64,000 nucleotides of DNA from Candidatus Woesearchaeota archaeon (GTDB lineage Archaea; Nanobdellota; Nanobdellia; Pacearchaeales; GW2011-AR1). Of the stretch, positions 1 to 9,190 are shown piece by piece. The notes beneath the pieces are model-generated. The model was not told the DNA's origin. It made no database searches and worked only from the letters and a program-made list of their open reading frames with translations. Made by a program: the position numbers and the translations under genes. Within the stretch, counting starts at the first letter, position 1; every line of letters begins with the position of its first letter. Where the stretch lies: assembly GCA_964490795.1 (NCBI GenBank), contig CAZBDY010000003.1, positions 2,752 through 66,751 of the forward strand, given 5' to 3'.

Positions 1-537
1 AATAACAAGAGGAGATAATCTTCCTGGAACTCCTCCTATTGAATGTTTATCCACCACTTTTCCTTTAATCTTAATTTTTTCTCCAGAATCAACTATTGCC
101 CGAGTCATATCAGCAGTCTCTTTTATAGTCATTCCCTTATTATAAACTCCAGAAATAAAATAAGCCACCTCTGCTTCAGTTAAATTATTTGCTACAATAT
201 CTTTCATAATTTTTTCTAACTCTTTCTTTTCCAGTTTTTCTCCATTTAATTTTTTATAAATATATTTTAAACTTTCTGGTTTTCCTGCCATCCTAATCTC
301 AACTTTATCCCCTTTCTTTAATCTTAAGTAATCAGAAACTTCATTTGAAATAACAACTTCATCTTTATCTAAAAACCCTGTAGCAGTATCTACTATCGCT
401 GTTATCTTTCTTTTTTTTGTTATAATCTTTACTCTTTCATTAGGATGAATAGAAGATTTATCAGCAAACTTATTATGTAAAATAACTACTGGTCTTCCTG
501 CTGTTAGTTTCATTAACTTGACTTTTAGTTTTTCCAC
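1..537 (-). CDS. AMP phosphorylase (thymidine phosphorylase family), N-terminal part; gene runs off the window start
   Basis: Own minus-strand translation: (GTG)EKLKVKLMKLTAGRPVVILHNKFA...LTEAEVAYFISGVYNKGMTIKETADMTRAI...VDKHSIGGVPG. This matches the archaeal AMP phosphorylase N-domain and the HSIGGVPG motif. The GTG at 537 follows an in-frame TAA, 10 nt after the upstream gene's stop; the ATG at 513 is internal. Confidence 0.75.
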   Translation of the reverse strand, partial: MEKLKVKLMKLTAGRPVVILHNKFADKSSIHPNERVKIITKKRKITAIVDTATGFLDKDEVVISNEVSDYLRLKKGDKVEIRMAGKPESLKYIYKKLNGEKLEKKELEKIMKDIVANNLTEAEVAYFISGVYNKGMTIKETADMTRAIVDSGEKIKIKGKVVDKHSIGGVPGRLSPLVI

Positions 538-547
538 TTTACAAAAA

Positions 548-1582
548 TTAACCTCTTTTATAAAACAAATCTGGAAACTTGTTATTTCTATAAGCTTCTA
601 TAAATAACAACAAATATGAAAAGATTAATGGCCCCAAGATAAATCCTAAAATCCCGAATATTAAAAATCCTCCTATCATTCCTATTAAAACAATTCCAGA
701 AGAAATTTTAACTTTTCTTGCAACTAAATAAGGCCTTATAATATTATCCACCCAGGAAATTATCACGCTTCCATATATTATTAATCCTATTCCTAAAAGA
801 ATATTCCCGCTTAAAAGAAGATATACAGCAGCAGGAAGCCATACTAACCAACTTCCTAAAATAGGAATCATAGAAGCAATTATTGCTACAATTGTTAAAA
901 TTAAAACCTGTGGAACTCCAAAAATAAATAATCCTATTCCAGTTAAAATTCCCTGTATAATCCCAATAATAATAAAACCATAAATAACTGAGTTTGTTAT
1001 ATCTTTAAATTTTTTTGTTATCTCCTGTTCAGTTGATTTTGAAAAAGGAGATAAACTTTTAACATACTTAAACAAAACATCTGCATCTCTCATACCATAA
1101 AAAAATACAAATAAAATAATAGCTAATTTTAATAAAAATTCTGGCAAGTCAAGTAATATTGAAGAAAAACTTGAAAAAACTTTTCCAGCAAGAGTACTTA
1201 TAAAATTATTAAAAGAATTTGCAAAATCAACAGTAAATTCTGTTCTTGCTAAAGATGGAAAAATGCTTCTAAAAATTTCTAAAACATTCATGTTTTGTAA
1301 AAATAAATAAATATCAAAAACCTGTTTAACTAAAATAGGGAATAAAAACCATAATGGAATAAACACAACAATAATTAATAATAAAATTACACTCAATGCA
1401 GATATATTTTTTTCTTTAAACTTTTTTAAAATCTTTTTATAAATAGGGTAAAAAACATATGAAAGTACCAATCCAAAAACTATGGCTGACGCAATTGGCC
1501 ATATAATTAACACTGATAAAATTCCTAAAATTCCTACAATTACCAGAATAGATAATTTTTTAAAAGCCTCTTTATCTGTCAT
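548..1582 (-). CDS. AI-2E family (PerM/UPF0118) membrane transporter
   Basis: 344-aa polytopic ORF. The C-terminal segment WVDNIIRPYLVARKVKISSGIVLIGMIGGFLIFGILGFILGPLI is typical of the AI-2E family. Confidence 0.8.
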   Translation of the reverse strand: MTDKEAFKKLSILVIVGILGILSVLIIWPIASAIVFGLVLSYVFYPIYKKILKKFKEKNISALSVILLLIIVVFIPLWFLFPILVKQVFDIYLFLQNMNVLEIFRSIFPSLARTEFTVDFANSFNNFISTLAGKVFSSFSSILLDLPEFLLKLAIILFVFFYGMRDADVLFKYVKSLSPFSKSTEQEITKKFKDITNSVIYGFIIIGIIQGILTGIGLFIFGVPQVLILTIVAIIASMIPILGSWLVWLPAAVYLLLSGNILLGIGLIIYGSVIISWVDNIIRPYLVARKVKISSGIVLIGMIGGFLIFGILGFILGPLIFSYLLLFIEAYRNNKFPDLFYKRG

Positions 1583-1603
1583 AAAGAAAAAAGACTGGAC
1601 AGA

Positions 1604-1611
1604 TTTATAAA
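1604..1611. promoter_or_regulatory. Palindromic TATA box TTTATAAA shared by divergent genes
   Basis: Its first T is 29 nt from ATG 1633 on the + strand and 29 nt from ATG 1582 on the - strand. The same spacing recurs at many other genes in the window. Confidence 0.5.
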
Positions 1612-1632
1612 CCTTTACAACCTTGTCTAAAA

Positions 1633-2355
1633 ATGGCCAATTTTATTAAAAAAATATTTGAAAAAAACATAGATAAAACAGTTCATAATGAATTTATAAA
1701 ATTTGGAAAAGGAGAATTTAAAGAAAAGTACCTTATACAAGCAAAAAAACTTTCTGATAAATTCCAAATAAAAACTTCTTCAGAATTTTCAAATTATCTT
1801 GTAAAAAAATGTCTTGAAACAGCTCCAGAAAAAATTAAGGTTAAAGGCATTTTAATTTCTACATTTGATTTATCTAAAGATATTCCTTTTCAATTTGAAA
1901 TTAAAAAATATATGGGAATTCAAAAAACAATAATCAATACTGAAATTGAAAAACAATCAATTCTAAATTTAATGGAAAAATATCCTAAAATATTTTATGG
2001 GTTATCCTTTAAAACATCTGATACTGAATTAAAAATAAAAGAAAAAGCTCCAAAATCAGGAAAACCCTCTTCAAAAAATAAAGATTCAATAAAGGCTGAT
2101 TTTTGTAATTTAAAAACAACTAATCAACAAATATTTTCTGACTTATTATTTGATATTAATCAAGATTTTAAAGAAATTTCTATATTCCACAATATTATTA
2201 TAGATAAAACACTTTACCCAGATAATATTAAAGAGCTAATGAAAACTCTTTCTCCAAAACAAATTAGAGAAAAGTCAAAAAGAAAAGGGAAAATAATAAG
2301 ACATATAGATATAGATGGGCAAAAACAAGAAAAACAGGCAGAATTTACTGCTTAA
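1633..2355 (+). CDS. Hypothetical protein, 240 aa, Lys-rich, no recognised domain
   Basis: Long ORF with a TATA box at -29; I recognise no motif. Confidence 0.5.
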   Translation: MANFIKKIFEKNIDKTVHNEFIKFGKGEFKEKYLIQAKKLSDKFQIKTSSEFSNYLVKKCLETAPEKIKVKGILISTFDLSKDIPFQFEIKKYMGIQKTIINTEIEKQSILNLMEKYPKIFYGLSFKTSDTELKIKEKAPKSGKPSSKNKDSIKADFCNLKTTNQQIFSDLLFDINQDFKEISIFHNIIIDKTLYPDNIKELMKTLSPKQIREKSKRKGKIIRHIDIDGQKQEKQAEFTA

Positions 2356-2365
2356 TTTTTATATA

Positions 2366-2380
2366 AAAACATTTAAAAAC
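2366..2380 (+). promoter_or_regulatory. Candidate BRE/TATA (AAAACATTTAAAAAC) for the ribosomal-protein operon
   Basis: Same ACATTTAAAA motif as other promoters here, but it lies about 107 nt upstream of the rpl3 ATG, implying a leader of about 78 nt. Confidence 0.4.
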
Positions 2381-2478
2381 CTTAAATTTCTTGATTTTTT
2401 ATTCGGTGTAGTTAGTAGATATGAGGGCATAAAAATGATTCATCCAGTAAGGAAACTAAAACTCAGAAATAATAGAAT

Positions 2479-3429
2479 ATGCCAAAACATAGCAAACCTA
2501 GAGCTGGTTCACTGCGATACTGGCCTAGAAAAAAGGCAGGAAAGTTTTTACCTAGAGTAAACTGGAAAATAATTAATTCTGAAAAACCCTTATTAGGTTT
2601 TATTGGTTATAAAGTGGGGATGACTTCTTGCCAAGTCAAAGACAATACAGAAAATTCACTAACTAAAGGCAAAACAAAAACTATTTCTTCTACTATTATC
2701 GAATTACCTCCTATGAAAATATTTTCAGTAAGATTTTATAAAAAAAATAAGCTTGTTTCTGAAATTGTTTCTGAAAATATCAATAAAGAATTAAAATCAA
2801 AAATTAGAATACCGAAGAAGAAAAAACAATTAAATGAAGTTGCAGAAAGTTCAGATTATGATAATATCTCTATCCTTGCTTATTCTGTTGTCAAAAATAC
2901 TGGTATTAAAAAAACACCTGATATGACTGAAATTGGGTTATCTGGAAAAACACAAGAAAAATTAGAATGGATCAAAAAGAATATTAATAAAGAAATACCT
3001 TCTTCAGAAATATTAAAAGATACCAATATAATAGACATAAGAGGATTAACAAAAGGAAAAGGCACCCAAGGCCCAGTAAAAAGATTTGGGATTAAATTAA
3101 AATCTCATAAAGCTGAAAAAGGGAGAAGAAAAGTTGGTTCAATTGGTCCATGGCACCCAGCAAGAGTTACATTCAGAGTTCCAATGGCAGGACAACTCGG
3201 ATTATTCACAAGAATTCAATATAATAATAAGATTATTTCTTTAGGACAAAACCCTGAGAAAATTAATTCTGAAAATGGATGGAAAAATTATGGAAAAATC
3301 AAAACCCAGTATCTAATTTTACAAGGTTCAGTTCAAGGTCCTGCTAAGAGAGTTTTATTATTAACTCAACCAATAAGACCCTCAAAAAAACAATCAAAAA
3401 AAAATTATGAATTTATAGATATAAAATGA
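2479..3429 (+). CDS. rpl3: 50S ribosomal protein L3
   Basis: MPKHSKPRAGSLRYWPRKKA N-terminus and GKGTQGPVKRFG; first gene in the conserved archaeal operon order. Confidence 0.95.
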   Translation: MPKHSKPRAGSLRYWPRKKAGKFLPRVNWKIINSEKPLLGFIGYKVGMTSCQVKDNTENSLTKGKTKTISSTIIELPPMKIFSVRFYKKNKLVSEIVSENINKELKSKIRIPKKKKQLNEVAESSDYDNISILAYSVVKNTGIKKTPDMTEIGLSGKTQEKLEWIKKNINKEIPSSEILKDTNIIDIRGLTKGKGTQGPVKRFGIKLKSHKAEKGRRKVGSIGPWHPARVTFRVPMAGQLGLFTRIQYNNKIISLGQNPEKINSENGWKNYGKIKTQYLILQGSVQGPAKRVLLLTQPIRPSKKQSKKNYEFIDIK

Positions 3430-4253
3430 AATCAAAAATTATAACAAAACAAGGAACTGGAAAAGAAATTGAAATTCCTAAACTTTTCTCTCAAAAAATA
3501 AGAGAAGATATTGTTCAAAAGTATTATGAAACAGTAAAATCATCTCAACCATACTCTCCAAGTCCAGAAGCAGGAAAGCAATTTTCAGCTTTAGGAAAAG
3601 TAAGACATGCCAGACACAAATGGAAAGGACATTATGGAAGAGGAATTTCAAGAGTTCCTAGAAAAATATTCTGGAGAAGGGGAACTCAATTTTACTGGGA
3701 AGCCGCAGGAGTTTCAGGAACAGTAGGAGGAAGAAGAGCACATCCTCCAAAAATTGTGAAATTCCAGCAAAAAAAGAAAATAAATAAAAAAGAAATTTTA
3801 GTGGCAATAAAGTCAGCTCTATCTTCAACAATCTCCAAAGAACATGTCTTAAAAAGATATTCCTCTCTTCAAGAAATCTCGCTTCCTATACTAATCTCCT
3901 CTGAATCTTTAAAATTAAACACAAAGCAATTTTCTGAATTATTGAAAAAAATACTGAAAAAAGACTATCAAAAATTTACTAAGAAAAAAATAAAAAGACA
4001 AGGAAAAGCAAAGTTAAGAAGAGGGAGAAACAAAACAAAAAAAGGATTATTAATAATAATCGGAAATAATGAGCAGTTTTTAAGAAAGTCTTTTGATATA
4101 AAAAAAGTATCTGAATTAAGTATTGAAGATATATACCCCTTAGGAAGACTAACAATTTATACTGAATCAGCACTTTCTGATTTAGATAAACTTCTCCCTC
4201 AAAATAAAGAAGATAAAAAAAGAAAAACTAAATCAAAAGAAAAGGAAAAATGA
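3426..4253 (+). CDS. rpl4: 50S ribosomal protein L4 with a Lys-rich C-terminal extension
   Basis: GRGISRVPRK and RRAHPPK motifs; ATGA overlap with rpl3; operon position. Confidence 0.9.
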   Translation: MKSKIITKQGTGKEIEIPKLFSQKIREDIVQKYYETVKSSQPYSPSPEAGKQFSALGKVRHARHKWKGHYGRGISRVPRKIFWRRGTQFYWEAAGVSGTVGGRRAHPPKIVKFQQKKKINKKEILVAIKSALSSTISKEHVLKRYSSLQEISLPILISSESLKLNTKQFSELLKKILKKDYQKFTKKKIKRQGKAKLRRGRNKTKKGLLIIIGNNEQFLRKSFDIKKVSELSIEDIYPLGRLTIYTESALSDLDKLLPQNKEDKKRKTKSKEKEK

Positions 4254-4489
4254 TAAAACCAATTACAACAGAAAAAGCTGTAAAATTAATTGAAATAGAC
4301 AACACCTTACTTTTTGAAGTTGAGAGGAGAAAAAATAAAAATCAGATAAAAAAAGAAATTGAAGAGACATTTAATATTAAGGTTGAAAAAATAAGAACTC
4401 TTACTCAAGAAAACAAAAAAATAGCTTATGTTAAATTAGATAAAAAAAATCCAGCCATTGATTTAGCTACTAAAATGGGAATGATATAA
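4250..4489 (+). CDS. rpl23: 50S ribosomal protein L23
   Basis: 79 aa; ITTEKAVKLIE...NTLLFEV; operon position. Confidence 0.9.
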   Translation: MIKPITTEKAVKLIEIDNTLLFEVERRKNKNQIKKEIEETFNIKVEKIRTLTQENKKIAYVKLDKKNPAIDLATKMGMI

Positions 4490-4490
4490 A

Positions 4491-5201
4491 ATGGGAAAAA
4501 GAATAATTCAACAAAGGAGAGGAAGGGGCTCTTTTACTTATAGGGTTAGAAAAAAAGGATTTAGATATGAAATAAAATATCCTGAATTAAGAGGGCAAGG
4601 ACAGATAATCAAATTAATAAACTCTTCAGCCCACACATCCCCACTTGCCAAAATTAAAATTCAAGATAAAACCTTTTTAACACCTGCTTCAAAAAATTCA
4701 TATGAAGGACAGGAAATATCAATTGGAAATGGAGAAATTGAAAAAGGAAACATACTTGAATTAAAAAACATACCTGTAGGAACAAAAATATTTAATATTG
4801 AAAGAAAAATTAGAGATGGAGGGAAATTAATCAGGGCAGGAGGTACTTCAGCAACATTATCAAAAAAAGGAAAAGAAAAAGTAGCAGTATTGCTTCCTTC
4901 AAAAAAAGAAGTTTGGTTTAATGAAAAATGTCTGGCAACAATCGGAACAGCAGGAGGACATGGAAGATTGGAAAAACCAATGATTAAAGCAGGAAAAAAA
5001 TATAAAGTAATGAAAGCCAAAGGAAAATTGTGGCCAAGAACATCTCCTGTAAAAATGAATGCAATTGATCATCCATTTGGAAGTGGAAGAGGAAGAAATC
5101 CAAGTCATGGTAAAAAAGGAAAAATACCTAAAAGAAATGCTCCAGCAGGAGCAAAGGTTGGAACTTTAAGACCTAAAAGAACAGGAAGGAGAAAAAAATA
5201 A
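4491..5201 (+). CDS. rpl2: 50S ribosomal protein L2
   Basis: GGHGRLEKPMIKAGKKY and MNAIDHPFGSGRG motifs. Confidence 0.95.
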   Translation: MGKRIIQQRRGRGSFTYRVRKKGFRYEIKYPELRGQGQIIKLINSSAHTSPLAKIKIQDKTFLTPASKNSYEGQEISIGNGEIEKGNILELKNIPVGTKIFNIERKIRDGGKLIRAGGTSATLSKKGKEKVAVLLPSKKEVWFNEKCLATIGTAGGHGRLEKPMIKAGKKYKVMKAKGKLWPRTSPVKMNAIDHPFGSGRGRNPSHGKKGKIPKRNAPAGAKVGTLRPKRTGRRKK

Positions 5202-5599
5202 TGGCAGAAGATAAAAAGAAAAAATTCACATTTAGAGGAAAAACACTGGAAGAATTAGATAAAATGGATATTCGGGAATTTGCCAAATATCTAAAATCAA
5301 GACAAAAAAGAACTGTTTTAAGAAATTTTGATAAAATTGAGATGTTTATAAAACGATGCATGAAAAAAAATAAAAAAGAAAAAGTAATAAAAACCCATAA
5401 AAGAGAAATGATTATAGTTCCTCCAATGATTGGGTTGACAATTCTTGTTTATAATGGGCAAAATTTTTCTCCTGTTAGAATCTCTCCTGACATGTTAGGA
5501 CATAGATTAGGGGAATTTGCACAAACACGAAAAAATGTTACTCATGGAACTCCAGGAGTTGGAGCTACCAGAGGTTCAGCTGCACTGTCTGTAAAATAA
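5201..5599 (+). CDS. rps19: 30S ribosomal protein S19
   Basis: YNGQNFSPVRISPDMLGHRLGEFAQTRK; operon position. Confidence 0.95.
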   Translation: MAEDKKKKFTFRGKTLEELDKMDIREFAKYLKSRQKRTVLRNFDKIEMFIKRCMKKNKKEKVIKTHKREMIIVPPMIGLTILVYNGQNFSPVRISPDMLGHRLGEFAQTRKNVTHGTPGVGATRGSAALSVK

Positions 5600-5600
5600 A

Positions 5601-6191
5601 ATGATCCAAAAAAACAAAGAACAAAGTAAAGAAAACAAGAAACAAGAAACAAAGCAGGAAAACATAGAAAGAACTTCAGAAAAAGAAAAAAATAAGGCAG
5701 AAGAAAAGAGAAAACAGGAAAAAACAAAACAACAAGAACAAGTAAAAAAGAAGGAAAAGCAAGAGGAAAAAGTAAGAAAAGAAAAAGCAGTTATAAATGG
5801 AAAAAATCTTCCAATATCAACTAAACACTCAATAGCAATTTGTAAATTTATTAAAGGAAAAACAATTGAAAAAGCAGCTTTAAAACTAAATGAAGCAATT
5901 AACAAAAAAACAGCAATCCCTATGAAAGGAGAACTACCCCATAGAAAAGGAATCATGTCTGGAAGATTTCCTCAAAAAGCTTGCAAACATTTTTTAAAAT
6001 TATTAAAAACCTTGCATGCTAACTCAATAAATAGTGGAATAGAAGACCCCTATATTTTCATAGCTAAGGCAAATAAAGCCTCTCGCCCATATAGGAGGTT
6101 TGGTTCAAGAAAAATGAAAAGAAGCCATGTTTATTTAGAATCAAAATCCTCAGAAACAGAAAAAATAAATCAGCTAAAAAAGGAAAAATAA
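5601..6191 (+). CDS. rpl22: 50S ribosomal protein L22 with an N-terminal K/E/Q-rich extension of about 65 aa
   Basis: Core INGKNLPISTKHSIAICKFIKGK...LPHRKGIMSGRFPQKA; operon position. Confidence 0.85.
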   Translation: MIQKNKEQSKENKKQETKQENIERTSEKEKNKAEEKRKQEKTKQQEQVKKKEKQEEKVRKEKAVINGKNLPISTKHSIAICKFIKGKTIEKAALKLNEAINKKTAIPMKGELPHRKGIMSGRFPQKACKHFLKLLKTLHANSINSGIEDPYIFIAKANKASRPYRRFGSRKMKRSHVYLESKSSETEKINQLKKEK

Positions 6192-6192
6192 A

Positions 6193-6858
6193 ATGGAAGA
6201 AAGAAGATTCGTAAAATTGAAAAAAGAAGAATTTGGAATGAAAGAATATATAAAAAATGAGTTAGGAAAAGGAAAAATGTCCTCCATTAAAGTAGAATAT
6301 ACCCCTGTAGGAGAAAAAATAACAGTTACCACAAATAAACCTGGATTTGTAATTGGAAGAAAAGGAGAGAGAATAGAAGAATTAACTAAAATCCTAAAAA
6401 AAGATTTTGGATTGGAAAATCCCCACATTGAAATTCAGGAAATAGAAAAACCAGAATTTGACGCCCAGTATGTGGCAGACGGAATTGCATCAGCTTTAGA
6501 AAGATTTGGGAGCATCAAGTTCAAGTCTGTATCCTATAAAATGTTAGAAAGAATAATTAAATCAGGAGCACTAGGGGTGGAATTAAGACTGTCTGGAAAA
6601 CTTCCAAGTGACAGGGCAAGAACACATAGATTTGCTTATGGATATCTGAAAAAAACAGGAGAATCTTCAAAAATAGTGAATTATGCAGAATCAATTGCTA
6701 CAACTCATCAAGGAACAATAGGTATTAAAGTTTCAATCTTACCCCCAAATGTTGATCTTTATGACCAAGTTAAAATAACTGACAAAACATTAGAGAAAAT
6801 AAAGGAAAATAAAATAAAGTTAGAAGAAATCAAAGAAAATGGCAGAAAGAAAAAGTAA
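6193..6858 (+). CDS. rps3: 30S ribosomal protein S3
   Basis: KH-domain GFVIGRKGERIEELT; operon position. Confidence 0.95.
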   Translation: MEERRFVKLKKEEFGMKEYIKNELGKGKMSSIKVEYTPVGEKITVTTNKPGFVIGRKGERIEELTKILKKDFGLENPHIEIQEIEKPEFDAQYVADGIASALERFGSIKFKSVSYKMLERIIKSGALGVELRLSGKLPSDRARTHRFAYGYLKKTGESSKIVNYAESIATTHQGTIGIKVSILPPNVDLYDQVKITDKTLEKIKENKIKLEEIKENGRKKK

Positions 6859-7009
6859 AGAGATAAAAAATATGTCTGAAAAAGAAAAACAAGAGAAATT
6901 AAAACAATTAAGAATGGAATTAGTAAAGAAAAATGTAGCTGCCAATGCAGGAAAAGGAAACACCAAAGAAATTAAAAAGGCTATTGCCAGAATACTCACA
7001 TCAATATAA
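6839..7009 (+). CDS. rpl29: 50S ribosomal protein L29 (56 aa; too short for the ORF track)
   Basis: Own translation MAERKSKEIKNMSEKEKQEKLKQLRMELVKKNVAANAGKGNTKEIKKAIARILTSI; expected position between S3 and SUI1/S17. The alternative start at 6872 is not excluded. Confidence 0.7.
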   Translation: MAERKSKEIKNMSEKEKQEKLKQLRMELVKKNVAANAGKGNTKEIKKAIARILTSI

Positions 7010-7010
7010 A

Positions 7011-7307
7011 ATGGATATATGTCCAAAATGCGGTCTTCCAAAACAAGCCTGTATTTGTGAGGAAATAGCCAAACAAGAACAAAAAATCAGTGTAGAAATT
7101 GACAAAAGAAGATTTGGCAAAAAAATAACAGTGATTTCAGGATTTCAGGATGTAGATATCAGAGACATAGCAAAAAAGCTTAAAAACGGGCTTGCTTGTG
7201 GTGGAACAGTGAAAAACAAGACAATAGAATTACAAGGTGACCACACAAAAAAAATAAAACCAGCTTTGGAAAAGTTAGGCTTTAAAGAAGACCAAATAAG
7301 TTTATAA
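7011..7307 (+). CDS. Translation initiation factor SUI1 (aSUI1/eIF1)
   Basis: MDICPKCGLPKQACICEE...KRRFGKKITVISGF...ACGGTVKNKTIELQGDH. Start moved from the track's 6945 to the ATG 1 nt after the L29 stop. Confidence 0.85.
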   Translation: MDICPKCGLPKQACICEEIAKQEQKISVEIDKRRFGKKITVISGFQDVDIRDIAKKLKNGLACGGTVKNKTIELQGDHTKKIKPALEKLGFKEDQISL

Positions 7308-7319
7308 AAACTATAAAAA

Positions 7320-7700
7320 ATGGCAGAAAGAAAAACAAACATAGAAGAGAAAGGCAAAAATACTGGAAAGTGTATTGATAAAAAATGTCCTTTTCACGGA
7401 AATCTAAAAGTAAGGGGCAGGCAATTTCGGGGACATGTTATTAAGAAATTTCCAAAAAGAATAGTTATTGAATTTCAAAGAATTGTACCAGTAAAAAAGT
7501 ATGAAAGATATTTAAAGAAAAAAACAAAGATTCATGCCAGACTTCCAGATTGTCAAAAAGATAAAGTAAATGTAGGAGATTATGTTCTAGTTCAAGAAAT
7601 AAGACCTCTTTCAAAACTAATCCATCATACCTATATAATGAAAGTTAAAAAGCAAGGATTAGAAACAGAAAAAGCTAAATCAAAGGAAAAGGAAAAATGA
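7320..7700 (+). CDS. rps17: 30S ribosomal protein S17
   Basis: CPFHGNLKVRGRQFRGHVIK; operon position. Confidence 0.9.
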   Translation: MAERKTNIEEKGKNTGKCIDKKCPFHGNLKVRGRQFRGHVIKKFPKRIVIEFQRIVPVKKYERYLKKKTKIHARLPDCQKDKVNVGDYVLVQEIRPLSKLIHHTYIMKVKKQGLETEKAKSKEKEK

Positions 7701-8098
7701 AACCAGTATCATCAAAACCAACCCGTGGATTAAATATTGGAAGTATAGTAATTGTAGCTGATAATTCAGGAGGAAGAAAAGCAAAAGTAGTATCAGTAAA
7801 AAAAGGTAGCAAAAAAAAGAAAAGACAAATTCCATGTAAAGTAGGAGATTGGATAAAAGTGTCAATAAGAGCAGGAAAACCTGAAATGAAAGGAGAGGTT
7901 TTTGATGCAGTTGTAATAAGGCAAAAAAGATCCTGGAGAAGATTAACTGGAGAAAGAATTTGCTTTACAGATAATGCTGTTGCAATATTAAAAGATGAAA
8001 AAGGAAATCCAAAAGGAACACAAATTAAAGGACCTGTAGCAAGAGAAATTCAAGAAAGATGGAAAGAGGTAGCTAAAATAGCTTCAATAGTAGCATAA
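7697..8098 (+). CDS. rpl14: 50S ribosomal protein L14
   Basis: VADNSGGRKAKVVSV...DNAVAILKDEKGNPKGT. Confidence 0.95.
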   Translation: MKPVSSKPTRGLNIGSIVIVADNSGGRKAKVVSVKKGSKKKKRQIPCKVGDWIKVSIRAGKPEMKGEVFDAVVIRQKRSWRRLTGERICFTDNAVAILKDEKGNPKGTQIKGPVAREIQERWKEVAKIASIVA

Positions 8099-8099
8099 A

Positions 8100-8576
8100 A
8101 TGAAACAAGAATTTTCAAACAAGTGGAAATCAAGCAAACAACCTAGAAAACAAAGAAAATATTTAGCTAATGCTCCTCTTCACATAAAACAAAAACAATT
8201 ATCAGGAAACCTATCAAAAGAATTAAGAAAAAAATACTCAAAAAGAAGCTTCCAGATAAAAAAAGGGGACAATGTAAAAATTATGAGAGGGAAATTCAAA
8301 GGAAAATCTGGAAAAATAAATAATGTTGATTTGAAAATGTCCAGAATAAGTGTAGATGGAATCCAAAGGCAAAAAAAGGACGGAAGTAAAACAAATGTTT
8401 ATTTCAATCCTTCTAAATTACAAATTCAAGAATTAAACTTATCAGACAAAAAAAGAGAGCAAGCATTAACAAATCAAAGAAAAAAACAAGGAAAAGCAAG
8501 TAAACTAAAAAATAAAGAAGATAAAGATAAAAAATCTTTAAAAAAACAAGAAGAAAATGCACCTAAAAAGAAATAA
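8100..8576 (+). CDS. rpl24: 50S ribosomal protein L24 with a Lys-rich C-terminal extension
   Basis: KOW motif KGDNVKIMRGKFKGKSGKI; operon position. Confidence 0.85.
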   Translation: MKQEFSNKWKSSKQPRKQRKYLANAPLHIKQKQLSGNLSKELRKKYSKRSFQIKKGDNVKIMRGKFKGKSGKINNVDLKMSRISVDGIQRQKKDGSKTNVYFNPSKLQIQELNLSDKKREQALTNQRKKQGKASKLKNKEDKDKKSLKKQEENAPKKK

Positions 8577-9189
8577 ATCTCCTAAAAACTGGCCCTTAAA
8601 AAGAAAAGGGACTAAATTCTTAGTTAGAACTTCACATAATTTAGAAAATTCTGTTCCTCTTTTAATCATATTAAGAGATGTTTTAAAATTAGTTGAAAAT
8701 AAAAAAGAAGTTCAAAAACTAATTAATCAAAAAATAATAAAAATTAATAATAAACTAGTAAGAGATGTAAAATACCCTCTTAATTTATTTGATATCCTCT
8801 CATTAAGTAATAAGAATTTTAGAGTCATAATTGAAAATAAAAAATTCAATATCAAGGAGATTTCAGAATCTGAATCTAAGGAAAAAATAGAAAAAATAAC
8901 TGGTAAAAAAATAATAAAAAATAAAAAACAACAAATAAATCTCAGTAATGGAAAAAATATTCTTTCACAAGAAAAAACAAAGACAGGAGATTCAGCCTTA
9001 ATAGATTTAGAAAAAAATAAAATAAAGAAAATTCTGCCACTAAAAAAATCAGCTAAGATTTTCTTTACAACTGGAAAACATATTGGACAGGAAGGAGAAA
9101 TAGAAGATATACAGGAAAAAAAACTAATTGTCAAATTAGATAAAGAAAAAATTAACACAAAAATAAATAGCATAATAGTTATAGGTTAA
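8557..9189 (+). CDS. rps4e: 30S ribosomal protein S4e
   Basis: MHLKRNKSPKNWPLKRKGTKFLVR N-terminus; operon position. Confidence 0.9.
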   Translation: MHLKRNKSPKNWPLKRKGTKFLVRTSHNLENSVPLLIILRDVLKLVENKKEVQKLINQKIIKINNKLVRDVKYPLNLFDILSLSNKNFRVIIENKKFNIKEISESESKEKIEKITGKKIIKNKKQQINLSNGKNILSQEKTKTGDSALIDLEKNKIKKILPLKKSAKIFFTTGKHIGQEGEIEDIQEKKLIVKLDKEKINTKINSIIVIG

Positions 9190-9190
9190 A

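Noticed and set aside
2315-2560. 81-aa ORF spanning the end of the hypothetical gene, the intergenic region and the start of rpl3.
   Set aside because: It overlaps two better-supported genes out of frame, contains the promoter and leader region, and has no recognisable motif. It is most likely a chance ORF.
5601-5800. K/E/Q-rich low-complexity stretch at the start of the L22 ORF, considered as a separate gene or a nucleotide tandem repeat.
   Set aside because: It is in frame and continuous with the L22 core, starts 1 nt after the rps19 stop, and shows no exact nucleotide periodicity. I treat it as an N-terminal extension.
6945-7010. Upstream extension of the SUI1 ORF (MQEKETPKKLKRLLPEYSHQYK).
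   Set aside because: It lies out of frame over the L29 coding sequence. SUI1 homologs begin near the CPxCG zinc knuckle, which matches ATG 7011.
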